Positions 27,923 through 38,589 of a stretch of 64,000 bases of DNA are shown here, piece after piece; the stretch's first letter is position 1, and each line of letters starts with the position of its first letter. Below the pieces are notes generated by a model. It was not told the origin of the DNA and made no database searches. It worked only from the letters and a program-made list of their open reading frames with translations. This stretch comes from Candidatus Poribacteria bacterium (lineage in GTDB: Bacteria > Poribacteria > WGA-4E > WGA-3G). Location of the stretch: NCBI GenBank assembly GCA_022824265.1, contig JAJEAG010000024.1, positions 27,521 through 91,520 of the forward strand. Direction: 5' to 3'. A program made the translations under genes and the position numbers.

Positions 27923-28909
27923 ATGAATGTAGATTACCTAAAATCAGTTAATGTAATGAAAGTCATGACAGTTGGAATCTTGTCAGTTTTTTTGGGACTT
28001 GTATCATCACAAATTGTTAGTGACAACACAATGGAAAGTATGGAAGTAACACCAAAAATTGAAATTGCAGAAATACCGAGTAGTTTTTCTATTTTCAAAC
28101 AAGTGGGTTGTGACAAATATGTCAACGTTTTTGGCGTAAACATCTTCGCAACCCAAAATACTCCTGAAGATAAACTCTCTCATGCAACAAGTATTTTGGC
28201 ACAATACCTTGATAACGACGAAGACGGTATTCCTGACAACATTAAGGTTCTCAGTCACTTGGTAAGCCGAAGAGTCTTCATCATTATGCCCGGTACAGAA
28301 GCGGAGATGGAGCAATTAGAAATGGAAATCGTACAAGAGGAAGGTTTTCACTTTGGTCAAGGATTATACGGGGAAGAAACCAAGCCAGATTTTCTCGTTG
28401 ATGGCAAAATCAACGCACCCGATGAATGGTACTACGACGGTGCATTAGAGGAAATTCTGCATCCCATTACAGATCATGGTTATGCCAATGCTTATCCCGA
28501 TGTGTTCGGAACGAGACGCGGATCCATCTTAGCAAACTGCATGGATGCTGCCCGCGGTGGGTATTTTGAGAAAGTGCCAAAAGACGGTCCTAAAAGCGGA
28601 TATCCTGAAGAAGCTTGGTATCACTATACGGATGAAACCTGCGAATACGGTTGTATGATTTCGGAATATATCTATTGGGCATTGACATCAATATTAGGGA
28701 CACAGGATTTTCCTGGAAGACGCGGGGCACTCAAAGTCGAATGGGAATTGAATACTCGTGATCTTGTTAAAACAAGGGATATTTCAGTATACGAACTTCT
28801 GACAGATCCTCAATACAAATTCCCGACCAAAGCACCAGATGGAAATTACAAACCATCGGCATTTCCCGTTACAGTTGTCCCAATCATTCCTATCAAAGAT
28901 AAAGAATAA
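27923..28909 (+). CDS. Secreted hypothetical protein
   Basis: Hydrophobic N-terminus (MKVMTVGILSVFLGLVSS). No recognised domain. The start is possibly the internal Met at 27956. Confidence 0.4.
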   Translation: MNVDYLKSVNVMKVMTVGILSVFLGLVSSQIVSDNTMESMEVTPKIEIAEIPSSFSIFKQVGCDKYVNVFGVNIFATQNTPEDKLSHATSILAQYLDNDEDGIPDNIKVLSHLVSRRVFIIMPGTEAEMEQLEMEIVQEEGFHFGQGLYGEETKPDFLVDGKINAPDEWYYDGALEEILHPITDHGYANAYPDVFGTRRGSILANCMDAARGGYFEKVPKDGPKSGYPEEAWYHYTDETCEYGCMISEYIYWALTSILGTQDFPGRRGALKVEWELNTRDLVKTRDISVYELLTDPQYKFPTKAPDGNYKPSAFPVTVVPIIPIKDKE

Positions 28910-28990
28910 TTGCATGAACAATGTCTTTGATACAATAGATCGCAGCAATCCATCAGGAGTTGTAGATGTAGACAGGCATACGATGACGCA

Positions 28991-29980
28991 TTATTGTAAT
29001 CCCGCTGCTCTTAGTACTGTTTCCTGAACTGTGAACTCGTGGTCAAGTGAACGATCAGGGGTTTTCTCACTTCGAATATCAGCAATAAACGCTTGAAGGC
29101 TTTCAACATAACGCGGTTTCGATTCCACAGGCACTGTCTGCCAACCTTTAGTGAATCCATCCCGATCCTCGTCAAGACATAATCTCAATGCTGGCGGCTC
29201 AAGCGGTTCAAGAATCGCACTGCCGCGTGTCCCGTAAACTTCCAATCGTCTTGATTTTCCTGAATCAATTTCCAACGCTGTTGACTCAAGAATTGCCAAT
29301 GCTTTAGGATATTCAAACACTGCAGCAGTATTGTTTCGATACCACGGTACATCACGGCTGTCGTGTCTCAAGAATGGCGTCACCCGTGTTGGTCTTCCTA
29401 ACAATGCAACAATGATGTCGGTAAGGTGGCATGCCAGGATGAACATAATTCCACCAGAATGCTCACCCATAGAATCCCAACGTTTCCAATGACCCTCGTT
29501 TGAAAGTCCTGAGGAGATACGACCTCGAACTGAGAAAATCTCCCCAAGTTTACCAGAATTCACCCAGTCAAGGATAAACTGAAAACCTGCATTATAACGG
29601 AACATATAACCGAGTTGAACGAGTAGATTCTTTTCTCTTGCAATGTCTAATACCTCTTTAAACTCATCCAAGTTATCACCAGCAGGTTTGTCAAACCAAA
29701 CATGTTTACCGTGTTCAATAATCTCTCGCGCAAAGGTTAGATTCTGTGAGACACGTCCCTGCGCCGCAATACCAACGATTGTTTCATCTTCAAGCATTTC
29801 TTCTTTGGATGTAAACCAATGAACACCTTCATAGATTGAACTTTGACCGAGTGTCTCTCGGACTTCTGTAGATGGTTCAAACACGCCAGCAAATTCAACT
29901 TCATCACTTTCCTTCAGCACACGGGCTTTCCCACCTGCGTGGTCGTGAGATATGCCGTATTGTGCAAGTTTCAACTTCAT
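28991..29980 (-). CDS. Gfo/Idh/MocA-family NAD(P)-dependent oxidoreductase
   Basis: N-terminal Rossmann region (KLAQYGISHDHAG...FAGVFE) and a typical family length of 329 aa. Confidence 0.6.
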   Translation of the reverse strand: MKLKLAQYGISHDHAGGKARVLKESDEVEFAGVFEPSTEVRETLGQSSIYEGVHWFTSKEEMLEDETIVGIAAQGRVSQNLTFAREIIEHGKHVWFDKPAGDNLDEFKEVLDIAREKNLLVQLGYMFRYNAGFQFILDWVNSGKLGEIFSVRGRISSGLSNEGHWKRWDSMGEHSGGIMFILACHLTDIIVALLGRPTRVTPFLRHDSRDVPWYRNNTAAVFEYPKALAILESTALEIDSGKSRRLEVYGTRGSAILEPLEPPALRLCLDEDRDGFTKGWQTVPVESKPRYVESLQAFIADIRSEKTPDRSLDHEFTVQETVLRAAGLQ

Positions 29981-30159
29981 AACTTATTCTCCATAGGTTG
30001 TATATCATCGGAATCTGCGATTGCATTATGTTAGATAAGGTTACACATGATTTTATCATATAATCTAAATTCGCTGTAGAATTAAGTGTGATTATTAGAG
30101 ACTTATGCTATACTCTTAAAGTGTTGATTTCCCAATATTATCTTTTGCCTTGCTTCTGA

Positions 30160-30450
30160 GTGATTCCATTGAAAACCAAATTGATGCAACTCCAATTCTA
30201 CACGAAATCAGATTGTCCACTTTGTGATGATGCAAAGGCAGTGCTGGATAAACTTAGTACGAAGCTGCCTTATATTGATATAGTGGTAATTGACATCACG
30301 AAAAATCTCCAATTATTCACTAAATATAAGTTGCAAATTCCTGTTCTTGAGTTGGATGGAAAGCAGTTTATTGCACAACAAATTGATGTCCAAAAATTAG
30401 TATGGCACATAAGATGGAATCGATTTTGGAAACATTTTGCTAAAAACTGA
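30160..30450 (+). CDS. Glutaredoxin-like (DUF836 / Grx2-family) protein
   Basis: LQFYTKSDCPLCDD CxxC thioredoxin-fold motif. The start is probably the Met at 30187. Confidence 0.55.
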   Translation: MIPLKTKLMQLQFYTKSDCPLCDDAKAVLDKLSTKLPYIDIVVIDITKNLQLFTKYKLQIPVLELDGKQFIAQQIDVQKLVWHIRWNRFWKHFAKN

Positions 30451-30459
30451 AAAAGTATA

Positions 30460-30909
30460 ATGACTGTTCCTAAACATATTGTTGCTGTATCAGGATTAGT
30501 CCGTCATCACGACGGTAAAGTCTTGCTTATACGAGGTCCGCGCCGCGGTTGGGAGTTCCCCGGTGGACAAGTTGAGGAAGGTGAAAACTTAATTAAAGCG
30601 TTGAAACGTGAAATTAAAGAAGAATCAGGTGTAAATGCATCTATTGGGTCATTGGTTGGTGTCTATTCAAACATTAAATCTCCAACTAAATTAGCGTTCG
30701 GTTTTTTAGCAGATTACGTCAGTGGTGAATTAACTACGAGCGAAGAAAGCATTGAAACTAAATGGATTGCGCAGCACTTAGCACTTCAACAAGTTACAAA
30801 CCCGATTATTTATGACCGATTGAAAGATATGCTTGAATTCTCTGGACGTGTTATTTATCGCGTTTACACTTCAGAACCGTATAAAGTTTGTGAACAAAGT
30901 TTTTTATGA
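30460..30909 (+). CDS. NUDIX hydrolase
   Basis: Nudix box GGQVEEGENLIKALKREIKEESGV. Confidence 0.75.
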   Translation: MTVPKHIVAVSGLVRHHDGKVLLIRGPRRGWEFPGGQVEEGENLIKALKREIKEESGVNASIGSLVGVYSNIKSPTKLAFGFLADYVSGELTTSEESIETKWIAQHLALQQVTNPIIYDRLKDMLEFSGRVIYRVYTSEPYKVCEQSFL

Positions 30910-30987
30910 AATGAAATATAGAATTAATATAGAATTACTGAAACTGTCTATTGTTAGACAATCCTAAACTATACATGAGGAGAGAAT

Positions 30988-32019
30988 ATGATAAGAAAAC
31001 AGATTTTGAGTTTATTATTGATGTTTATAGTTGGGGTTATGTTTTTCTGTGGATGTGATAACGTTCAGCAAGTCTTACGACCTGATAACGCACCCCTTAG
31101 AGTAACAATGATTTATCCAAGCGATTGTGTGGGTTCGGCAGCCTACTGTACTGGATTTCATATTGGGTTAAGAAATGCCGAATCGGAACTTGGTATTATT
31201 CTGACAGAAGTAAACGGCATGGAAAACGATCCTATTGCAACTGAAATGTTAATGAGAGACGCTGCACAAAATTCAGATCTTGTTGTAACAGCTGGATACC
31301 AAATGGGAGATATTCTCAATGATATTACTCCAGAGTACCCTGATGTCAAATTTGCTATTTTTGATGTTGTTCTTGACCAACCAAATGTTGCAGCTGTAAA
31401 CTATAAATCAAATGAAGGATCATTTCTTGTTGGTGCAATTGCAGCATTAAAATCAGAGAGTGGTAAAATTGGATATATTGGTGGGGCTGACGTTCCATTA
31501 CTACACGAATTTGAAGCAGGTTATATAGCTGGAATACAAACAATAAAACCAGATGCGGATGTAGTAGTTGACTATATCAGTGAAGATGCAAGCGGATTCA
31601 ATCTACCGGAGAAAGCGAAAGAATTAGCATTAGCGCAATATGCAAGTGGTGTTGATGTGATTTATACTGCTGCAGGTGGATCGGGTCAAGGAGTTCTTGA
31701 AGCAGCTCAAGAAGCACAGAAATTTATTATTTGGGTTGACTCAAACGGAAACCATCTCGCTCCTGGAATTGTCCTGACCAGTATGGCGAAAGATCTTCCA
31801 GCATCGGTACAGCGAATAATTCAGGAAACTGTAGAAGACAATTTTATGTCTGGAATTCGCTATCTTGGGTTAGAAGACGGTGGGGTTTACTATGCTGTTG
31901 ACGAACACAACCAATCATTACTCTCTGACGAGATAATTTCAAAAGTCGAATCGATCAAAGTTGATATTATTACCGGTAAAATCATAGTTCCCAATACAAT
32001 ATCCTTACCCCGTCAATAG
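30988..32019 (+). CDS. BMP-family (PnrA/TmpC/Med-like) ABC transporter substrate-binding lipoprotein
   Basis: Lipobox FFCGCDN. YIGGADVPLLHEFEAGYIAG and YTAAGGSGQGVLEAA are typical of BMP nucleoside-binding proteins. Confidence 0.65.
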   Translation: MIRKQILSLLLMFIVGVMFFCGCDNVQQVLRPDNAPLRVTMIYPSDCVGSAAYCTGFHIGLRNAESELGIILTEVNGMENDPIATEMLMRDAAQNSDLVVTAGYQMGDILNDITPEYPDVKFAIFDVVLDQPNVAAVNYKSNEGSFLVGAIAALKSESGKIGYIGGADVPLLHEFEAGYIAGIQTIKPDADVVVDYISEDASGFNLPEKAKELALAQYASGVDVIYTAAGGSGQGVLEAAQEAQKFIIWVDSNGNHLAPGIVLTSMAKDLPASVQRIIQETVEDNFMSGIRYLGLEDGGVYYAVDEHNQSLLSDEIISKVESIKVDIITGKIIVPNTISLPRQ

Positions 32020-32131
32020 GTGTAAGTACTATATCTACAGTAATTTTGCTATATGTCCATCATCAATGCTGATTAAATTGACAATCAATCATTAATAGAA
32101 CCTTACATATCAATCATTTTAATATAACAGG

Positions 32132-32527
32132 GTGAATTCTATGCTCAATCAATATCCATATCCAGAGTTTGAAGGAAGACGTAGTATAGTTACCGGTATT
32201 TTGGTAACACTTCTCACTTGTGGGATATATGGTCTTTACTGGCAATTCAAACAGATGGCAACACTCAATGCGTGGCTCGGAAGAAACGAATATTCATTTT
32301 GGTTATGGTTCTTTCTGTGTATTCTAACTTGCGGTATATTCGGTATATATTATGAATACAAAATGGCATGTGGAATCAATGAAGTCCAAACAAACAAAGG
32401 GATGTATGTAGATCAAAACTTGCCTATACTTTGTGTTGTGTTAGCATTATTTGGTGTTGGCATTGCTTCTCTCGCAATACAGCAGTACCAGATTAATAAA
32501 CTATACGGTGATTCTTCAGATGGTTAA
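32132..32527 (+). CDS. DUF4234-like membrane protein
   Basis: Two repeats of TCGIYGLYW / TCGIFGIYY on hydrophobic helices. Paralog at 32954. Confidence 0.5.
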   Translation: MNSMLNQYPYPEFEGRRSIVTGILVTLLTCGIYGLYWQFKQMATLNAWLGRNEYSFWLWFFLCILTCGIFGIYYEYKMACGINEVQTNKGMYVDQNLPILCVVLALFGVGIASLAIQQYQINKLYGDSSDG

Positions 32528-32903
32528 TCATATTTTTCTTGCACGACTTTTTCTTATCTGTTTAGCAATTATTGCGATCTACACACTTCTTGTAGATACA
32601 TCACCCGAAGAGGTCAAGCTACTTCCATGTCTGTTTCATACTGTGACTGATGTTCAGTGTCCGGGTTGTGGTATGACGCGTGCCTGCCTTTCCTTATCAC
32701 ACGGACAATTCACAGATGCATTCCGTTATCACCCTTTTTCTTTCATATTAGTTGGTTTAGCAATTTTCATTGCTATCTTCCCTTCTAAGTTTACAAATGT
32801 ATGGTCTGGTCTATCATCAAAAACTCAAAGTATAATTGGTATCTTTGGTGTAGCACTTTGTTTATCTATTTGGATAATGAAGTTAACATCAATCATTGAA
32901 TGA
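32520..32903 (+). CDS. DUF2752 membrane protein
   Basis: CPGCGMTRA motif. The start at 32520 gives an ATGGTTAA overlap with the upstream stop. Confidence 0.55.
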   Translation: MVNHIFLARLFLICLAIIAIYTLLVDTSPEEVKLLPCLFHTVTDVQCPGCGMTRACLSLSHGQFTDAFRYHPFSFILVGLAIFIAIFPSKFTNVWSGLSSKTQSIIGIFGVALCLSIWIMKLTSIIE

Positions 32904-32953
32904 TATATCAGTAAAGGTCTACACATAATATTTCCAGCACTGAGAATGTTATA

Positions 32954-33373
32954 ATGCAAACACAAGATCCATATCAATATGAATCTATTACCCAAAATAT
33001 CGTTGCAAGTCTTATATTAACATTGATTACATTTGGAATATTTGCATTTTATTGGCAATATAAACAAATGAAAATATTGAATGCGTGGATTGGTAGAGAC
33101 GAATATTTCTTTTGGAGATGGTTTTTTCTGTGCATTATTACTTGTGGTATTTATGAGGTATATGAAGAATATAAAATGTCACAGAGCATAAATTGGGTTG
33201 AAAATAAATATAATATGGTCGTACACCGAAATTTACCTATTGCTGCAGTATTACTCACACTCGTTGGGTTAGGTATCATTACAACTGCAATACAGCAACA
33301 CTATATAAATAAATTTTACGATTACTATCTTAACTTATTATCAAATAACAATTCTAATTCAACTTTAGTATAG
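32954..33373 (+). CDS. DUF4234-like membrane protein (paralog)
   Basis: FAFYWQYKQMKILNAWIGRDEYFFWRWFFLCIITCGIYEVY is colinear with the 32132 gene. Confidence 0.5.
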   Translation: MQTQDPYQYESITQNIVASLILTLITFGIFAFYWQYKQMKILNAWIGRDEYFFWRWFFLCIITCGIYEVYEEYKMSQSINWVENKYNMVVHRNLPIAAVLLTLVGLGIITTAIQQHYINKFYDYYLNLLSNNNSNSTLV

Positions 33374-34304
33374 TTCCTTTCGCTCCAACAATCCAACCTA
33401 TTTTTTTATAGAGATGAATATCTTGCAAGTTATTGGATGTTGGAGACGCATAGTGCTTCCACGTAGCACCACCATCTGTTGTGTGAAGTATTAAACCTTC
33501 CTCGCCAACAGCCCATCCTTCCTTTTCATCGGAAAACGCTATATCACGTAAAGTCTGCTTCAATATATCAGTTTGTCGTTCCCATGTCTTACCACCATCA
33601 TCTGTATTTAATATAAGACCATTTGTACCAACAATCCATCCGTTCATGTGATCTGCAAAATGGACAGCAAACAACGGTTGTTCAACTTCGGATTCTTGAC
33701 TTTCCCAATATTTCCCACCATCATGTGTATGGAGAATCTCACCCTCTTCACCGACAATCCACCCATGTTCAGGATCAACAAAAAAGACACCCCATAGATG
33801 TTTTTCTGAAGAAGTCTGGATCTTTTTCCATTTTCCACCACCATCTTTTGTGTGTAGAACTGTACCAAAACCCCCAACTGCCCAGCCTTCTGTTTTGGTT
33901 ACAAAATATATATCTAAAATACCTGGTGATTTATCTGCAACAGTACGTTCATGATGTTGAACTACCCACGAATTTCCTCCACTTCCAGTATATTGTATTT
34001 TTCCGATACTAATAATCCAACCATTTTTAGGTGTTGTGAAATCAATGTGTGCTATTGTGTCTTTTAATATAGTTTGTGTATCCGATCCTTTCCAAGTACT
34101 ACCACCATCTTTGGAGGTTAAAACAACTCCATTACTCCCTGCTGTCCAACCATGCTTTCCATCTACAAAATTGACTCCATATAGATGTTGGTCAATTCCG
34201 CTATTTATCTTTATCCACTCAGATTGAAGCTTATCCTGCGAACATCCGATTAAAATAATAGTTCCAAACAAAAGAATAGAGATTCCTATTTGTTTATTAT
34301 ACAT
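33354..34304 (-). CDS. Ycf48-like / BNR (sialidase-type) repeat lipoprotein
   Basis: Lipoprotein signal LLFGTIILIGCSQ. Repeated S.DGG.TW BNR motifs (DGGSTWK, DGGGKWK, DGGKYWE, DGGKTWE, DGGATWK). Confidence 0.65.
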   Translation of the reverse strand: MYNKQIGISILLFGTIILIGCSQDKLQSEWIKINSGIDQHLYGVNFVDGKHGWTAGSNGVVLTSKDGGSTWKGSDTQTILKDTIAHIDFTTPKNGWIISIGKIQYTGSGGNSWVVQHHERTVADKSPGILDIYFVTKTEGWAVGGFGTVLHTKDGGGKWKKIQTSSEKHLWGVFFVDPEHGWIVGEEGEILHTHDGGKYWESQESEVEQPLFAVHFADHMNGWIVGTNGLILNTDDGGKTWERQTDILKQTLRDIAFSDEKEGWAVGEEGLILHTTDGGATWKHYASPTSNNLQDIHLYKKIGWIVGAKGTILKLN

Positions 34305-34447
34305 GTTACCGCTCCGTTTAATTCATTGTATTTTGTATAGATTCATGATAAATTACTTTATACGAAATCCTTTAGTATGTCAATTGGATTATAGTTAAGA
34401 TGGTCTCTTTTTACGCAAACAGTAGAGTCTAATTTTTAAAATAAAAT

Positions 34448-35356
34448 ATGGATTATATAATTGGGATTGATGGAGGTGGAACAAATACAATTGGAATATT
34501 AGCAACAAGTTCAGGAAAATGTATTGCTAAATTCCAAGCAGGACCATCAAACTACCACGTTGTTGGAACAAAACAAACCCATGGTGTCCTAAAAGATGTC
34601 ATTACAAATCTATCAAAGCACATTAAAAACATGCCAAATAGTTCAATTCATTTCTGCATTGGCATGGCAGGATTAGGACGCGATGAAGACAAAAAAGTAA
34701 TTGGACAGGTATGTGACGATATTGGTATAGAAAAAAAACGAATTCTTACGCACGATGCACATATCGCATTAGTTGGAGGAACTGGAAAACAGGAAGGTGT
34801 TATAGTAATATCAGGTACCGGCTCAATCGTTTACGGAATAGACAGACATGGAAAGGAAGCACGCGCAGGAGGATGGGGGTATCTTCTGGGTGATGAAGGC
34901 AGCGGATACGATATTGCCATTAAAGGATTACAAGCAGTCGTCCGCGCAGCAGATAAACGTGATAAACCTACTCAATTGACAGATATGATATTGAACAAAC
35001 TTAAGTTAAATCAACCGAGTGATTTGGTTCGTTGGATTTATGCTGCCGAAAGAGATGAAATAGCACAATTGTCACAGATAGTATTTGAAACTACAAAAAC
35101 AGGAGATTTAAGAGCAGAAAAAATAATAAATGATGCATCCAGTGAACTTGCCTGTGCAGTCGAGACAGTGGTTTCACAATTGGAATTTACGCATCCGTTT
35201 GGAATTGTCTTGAGTGGTGGCAATCTCACACATCAAAATATCTTGGCAGACAAACTGGGTAGATGGATTGAAAAATCTATAATTGGTGGTTCTGTAATAT
35301 TTCCAAAATACGATCCAGCATACGGAGCAGTATTGTTGGCAATTGCAAATATTTAG
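34448..35356 (+). CDS. BadF/BadG/BcrA/BcrD-type ATPase family sugar kinase (GlcNAc/MurNAc kinase-like)
   Basis: IGIDGGGTNT phosphate-1 motif and GTGS phosphate-2. Adjacent to murQ. Confidence 0.6.
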   Translation: MDYIIGIDGGGTNTIGILATSSGKCIAKFQAGPSNYHVVGTKQTHGVLKDVITNLSKHIKNMPNSSIHFCIGMAGLGRDEDKKVIGQVCDDIGIEKKRILTHDAHIALVGGTGKQEGVIVISGTGSIVYGIDRHGKEARAGGWGYLLGDEGSGYDIAIKGLQAVVRAADKRDKPTQLTDMILNKLKLNQPSDLVRWIYAAERDEIAQLSQIVFETTKTGDLRAEKIINDASSELACAVETVVSQLEFTHPFGIVLSGGNLTHQNILADKLGRWIEKSIIGGSVIFPKYDPAYGAVLLAIANI

Positions 35357-35402
35357 ACTCCTGAATAGATAAATATACAGGAAACAATTATAATTACATA
35401 TT

Positions 35403-36296
35403 GTGATAACCGAACAACGTAACCCAAACTCTACTGATATAGACCTTAAGTCAATATCAGAAATTGTAGAGATATTTCATGAGGAAGACAGATGTGTTGT
35501 AGAGGCAGTTGCAGAGGTATCAGATGCTATCACTCAGGGAATTGAGATAATCGTAGATGCATTTTGTAATGGTGGGAGATTATTCTATATTGGTGCAGGA
35601 ACAAGTGGGAGACTCGGTGTTTTAGACGCATCTGAATGTCCACCAACATTTAGCACTGAACCTGAAATGGTACAGGGTATTATCGCAGGTGGTGATATTG
35701 CATTACGAAAATCTGTTGAGGGAGAGGAAGACAGACCGGAACGCGGAAAACAAGCAATTCGTGATAAACAACTTACACAGAATGATGTTCTTGTCGGAAT
35801 TGCAAGCAGTGGAAGAACACCTTATGTATTAGGGGCTATGCATGAAGCACATATAATTGGAGCAAAAGTTATCTTTCTCTCATGTGTTTCACCTAATGAA
35901 GAATTGAAAGTATATGTTGATCATTTTATTACTCCAATTGTCGGTCCCGAAATAATCACTGGTTCAACCCGTTTGAAAGCAGGAACTGCAACAAAATTAG
36001 TTCTAAACATGCTCACAACCATTTCTATGATAAAGTTAGGAAAAGTCTACAACAATCTTATGGTAGATGTGAACGCTTCAAACTCTAAATTAATTGATAG
36101 AAGCATACGTATAATACAAACAGTTACTGGAGTTGACAAGTCAACTGCAAACGAAGCATTGAATCGTTCAGGTGGAAGTGCTAAGATAGCAATCGTCATG
36201 ATAAATAAAGAAATTAACCAAAGCAATGCTATAACTCTGTTAGAAAAACATAACGGGTTTCTACGTCCTATTTTATCTGACGAAACAACAAGATGA
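35403..36296 (+). CDS. murQ: N-acetylmuramic acid 6-phosphate etherase
   Basis: SIS domain GAGTSGRLGVLDASECPPTF and GIASSGRTPYV. Confidence 0.75.
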   Translation: MITEQRNPNSTDIDLKSISEIVEIFHEEDRCVVEAVAEVSDAITQGIEIIVDAFCNGGRLFYIGAGTSGRLGVLDASECPPTFSTEPEMVQGIIAGGDIALRKSVEGEEDRPERGKQAIRDKQLTQNDVLVGIASSGRTPYVLGAMHEAHIIGAKVIFLSCVSPNEELKVYVDHFITPIVGPEIITGSTRLKAGTATKLVLNMLTTISMIKLGKVYNNLMVDVNASNSKLIDRSIRIIQTVTGVDKSTANEALNRSGGSAKIAIVMINKEINQSNAITLLEKHNGFLRPILSDETTR

Positions 36297-36345
36297 TATG
36301 ATATTAGGTAAAACATTCCATTAGCATAGAAAAAGGAGTAATCCT

Positions 36346-37305
36346 ATGGCAATGAACGTTACAAAAGTTGGTCTGGCAAAAACAGGAAGACGACGTTCAA
36401 ACGTCTTTGAAGCACTTGACAATATACGAGATGACATCACACCGAAAGTTAGAGATCAAGTGTTATTGAAACCAAATTTTCTCTCAAGTACGAATCAACT
36501 TGCGTCTTCACATGTAGATGTAATGCGAGGGGCATTGGACTTTCTATTAAGTACGCCACAACCTCCAAAAGAAGTCATTATCGCAGAAGGTGCTAACGAA
36601 TCATTTTCTGGCGAGGCTTTTCAAATTTTCGGATATGAAGCACTGCAAGCGGAATATGATGTCCCAATTAAACTTATTGATTTACATCAAGAAACAGACT
36701 GGGTGGAAACGACCGCATATCTCGCTGGTCGTGAAACAGATACTGTCAGAATGCCTAAAACTGTACTTGATTGTCCGTGCACTATTTCTGTAGCAATTGC
36801 AAAAACCCATGATGCAGGTGTTGTTACACTGGCAATGAAAAATATGATTATGGGTACACTACATAAGTCCGACCGTATCAAAATGCATGGATATCAAAGT
36901 CATGCAGACCGAGAGTTACCTCGTGAAGCACAGACTCTAAACATTAATTTACTTAGATTATCGCGTTTTCTAAAACCTGATATTGCAATTGTAGATGGCA
37001 CTGTTGGACTACAAGGAAATGGACCGGGGGGCACAAATTCTGTTCCGCTTGGAATTGCTGTTGCAAGTGGTGATGTTTTTGCAGCAGATGCTGTCACTTC
37101 AAAAGCTATGGGATTTGAACCTTTGGAAATTGGACTATTTAAATATGCAAATGAATTGGGTTACGGTACAGCGGATCTAAATGAAATTGAGATTATAGGT
37201 CCAGATGTTGATACTGTTGCCATTCCATTTAAACCACACGAAACTGCAGATCTTCAATTTCAATGGCACGAAGATGAAGCATCTGAATATCTTGCAGCTG
37301 ACTAA
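36346..37305 (+). CDS. DUF362 domain protein
   Basis: VLLKPNF motif. Length 319 aa. Confidence 0.45.
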   Translation: MAMNVTKVGLAKTGRRRSNVFEALDNIRDDITPKVRDQVLLKPNFLSSTNQLASSHVDVMRGALDFLLSTPQPPKEVIIAEGANESFSGEAFQIFGYEALQAEYDVPIKLIDLHQETDWVETTAYLAGRETDTVRMPKTVLDCPCTISVAIAKTHDAGVVTLAMKNMIMGTLHKSDRIKMHGYQSHADRELPREAQTLNINLLRLSRFLKPDIAIVDGTVGLQGNGPGGTNSVPLGIAVASGDVFAADAVTSKAMGFEPLEIGLFKYANELGYGTADLNEIEIIGPDVDTVAIPFKPHETADLQFQWHEDEASEYLAAD

Positions 37306-37319
37306 ATAAAAGGAGTTTT

Positions 37320-38186
37320 ATGAAACGTTTTTCACAAGTATTTATACTATTTTTCATTGCTACTACTCCTGCCTTGGCATGGTGGGGTGGTGGTCATGAC
37401 ATCCTAACACAAGCATCAATTAAAGCAGTTCCTGATGAATTACCTAAGTTTTTTCGCACTTCAAGTGCAAAAGAAATGATTGCACATATCGCTTACGATC
37501 CAGATGTTTCAAAGAATCGTGATATGCCAAACGCACGGGCAGCAGAATACGGTGAACACTATTTTGATCTTGAACTTATCAAAGACAATCCTGTTCCTTC
37601 GGATCGTAACGCATTCATAAAATTATGTGCTGAGTTGGAACTTGAACCAATGAAGGTTGGCTTCCTACCTTATGCTGTTGCAGAATGGACTGAACGTCTT
37701 GCAATTGCCTTTGCAGAATATCGTAAATGGCCTGACAAACCAATCATCCAATATAAGTGTTATGTATATGCTGGTTTCCTTGCACACTATGCACAAGATA
37801 TGTGTCAACCATTACACTTAACGGTACATTTCGATGGAATCGTACAGCAAGATGGCACAAAATTACATAATGGTATACATGAAAAGGTGGATTCATCTAT
37901 TGAAATGATAAAATTGAATCCGATTGAACTTGCGAAGGATCAACAAGTTAAACCTGTTGAGGAATTAATACCAGCGATTGTACAACAGATAAAAAATGGA
38001 CATAGTTTGGTTGATCGTGTATACAATTTAGTTAATGAGTATCAAAAGTTGAACCAACCTTCACAAGATTTGATGGATTTTACAAATGAACGTTCTCGTG
38101 AAGCAGTGCGGTGGACAGCTTCCTTATACTTAACTGCATGGAAAATGTCTGAGAATATAAGGTTGCCTGGTTGGCTTGAAAGATAG
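37320..38186 (+). CDS. S1/P1-family secreted nuclease
   Basis: Signal peptide, then WWGGGHD (W-G-x-x-G-H start of the mature S1/P1 nuclease) and QDMCQPLH (DxHQPLH zinc motif). Confidence 0.5.
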   Translation: MKRFSQVFILFFIATTPALAWWGGGHDILTQASIKAVPDELPKFFRTSSAKEMIAHIAYDPDVSKNRDMPNARAAEYGEHYFDLELIKDNPVPSDRNAFIKLCAELELEPMKVGFLPYAVAEWTERLAIAFAEYRKWPDKPIIQYKCYVYAGFLAHYAQDMCQPLHLTVHFDGIVQQDGTKLHNGIHEKVDSSIEMIKLNPIELAKDQQVKPVEELIPAIVQQIKNGHSLVDRVYNLVNEYQKLNQPSQDLMDFTNERSREAVRWTASLYLTAWKMSENIRLPGWLER

Positions 38187-38325
38187 TATGACTATGGTTA
38201 CATTAGTGATTTTTATATCTGTTATTCAGTAGGATGTATGTGTGGTCATTTCATGATGATACAAGACACCATAAACATAAAATATTGGATTGACATGAAA
38301 AATATTTTGTGGTATTATATTTTAT

Positions 38326-38589
38326 ATGTCAGAAAAGAATCAATTACCCGAAATAATACCAGATGCTGTCTTTGATTTAGGAGAACTCGGATGTGGTGAC
38401 CTTATCATAGCACTTTTAAAATCCATGAGAACGCTTGAATCTGGGCAGATAGCAGAAATTCATGCAGTTGACCCAGGTGCACCTGTGGATATTGCTGCAT
38501 GGTGTAACATGAAAGGCAATGTACTTCTCGCAGATTGTTGTGGTGAAGACAATGCCTATTTTTATATTCAAAAAGGAGAAATGTCTTAA
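38326..38589 (+). CDS. TusA-like sulfurtransferase family protein
   Basis: DLGELGCGDLII corresponds to the TusA DxxGxxCP region. Length 87 aa. Adjacent to a DsrE-like gene. Confidence 0.5.
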   Translation: MSEKNQLPEIIPDAVFDLGELGCGDLIIALLKSMRTLESGQIAEIHAVDPGAPVDIAAWCNMKGNVLLADCCGEDNAYFYIQKGEMS

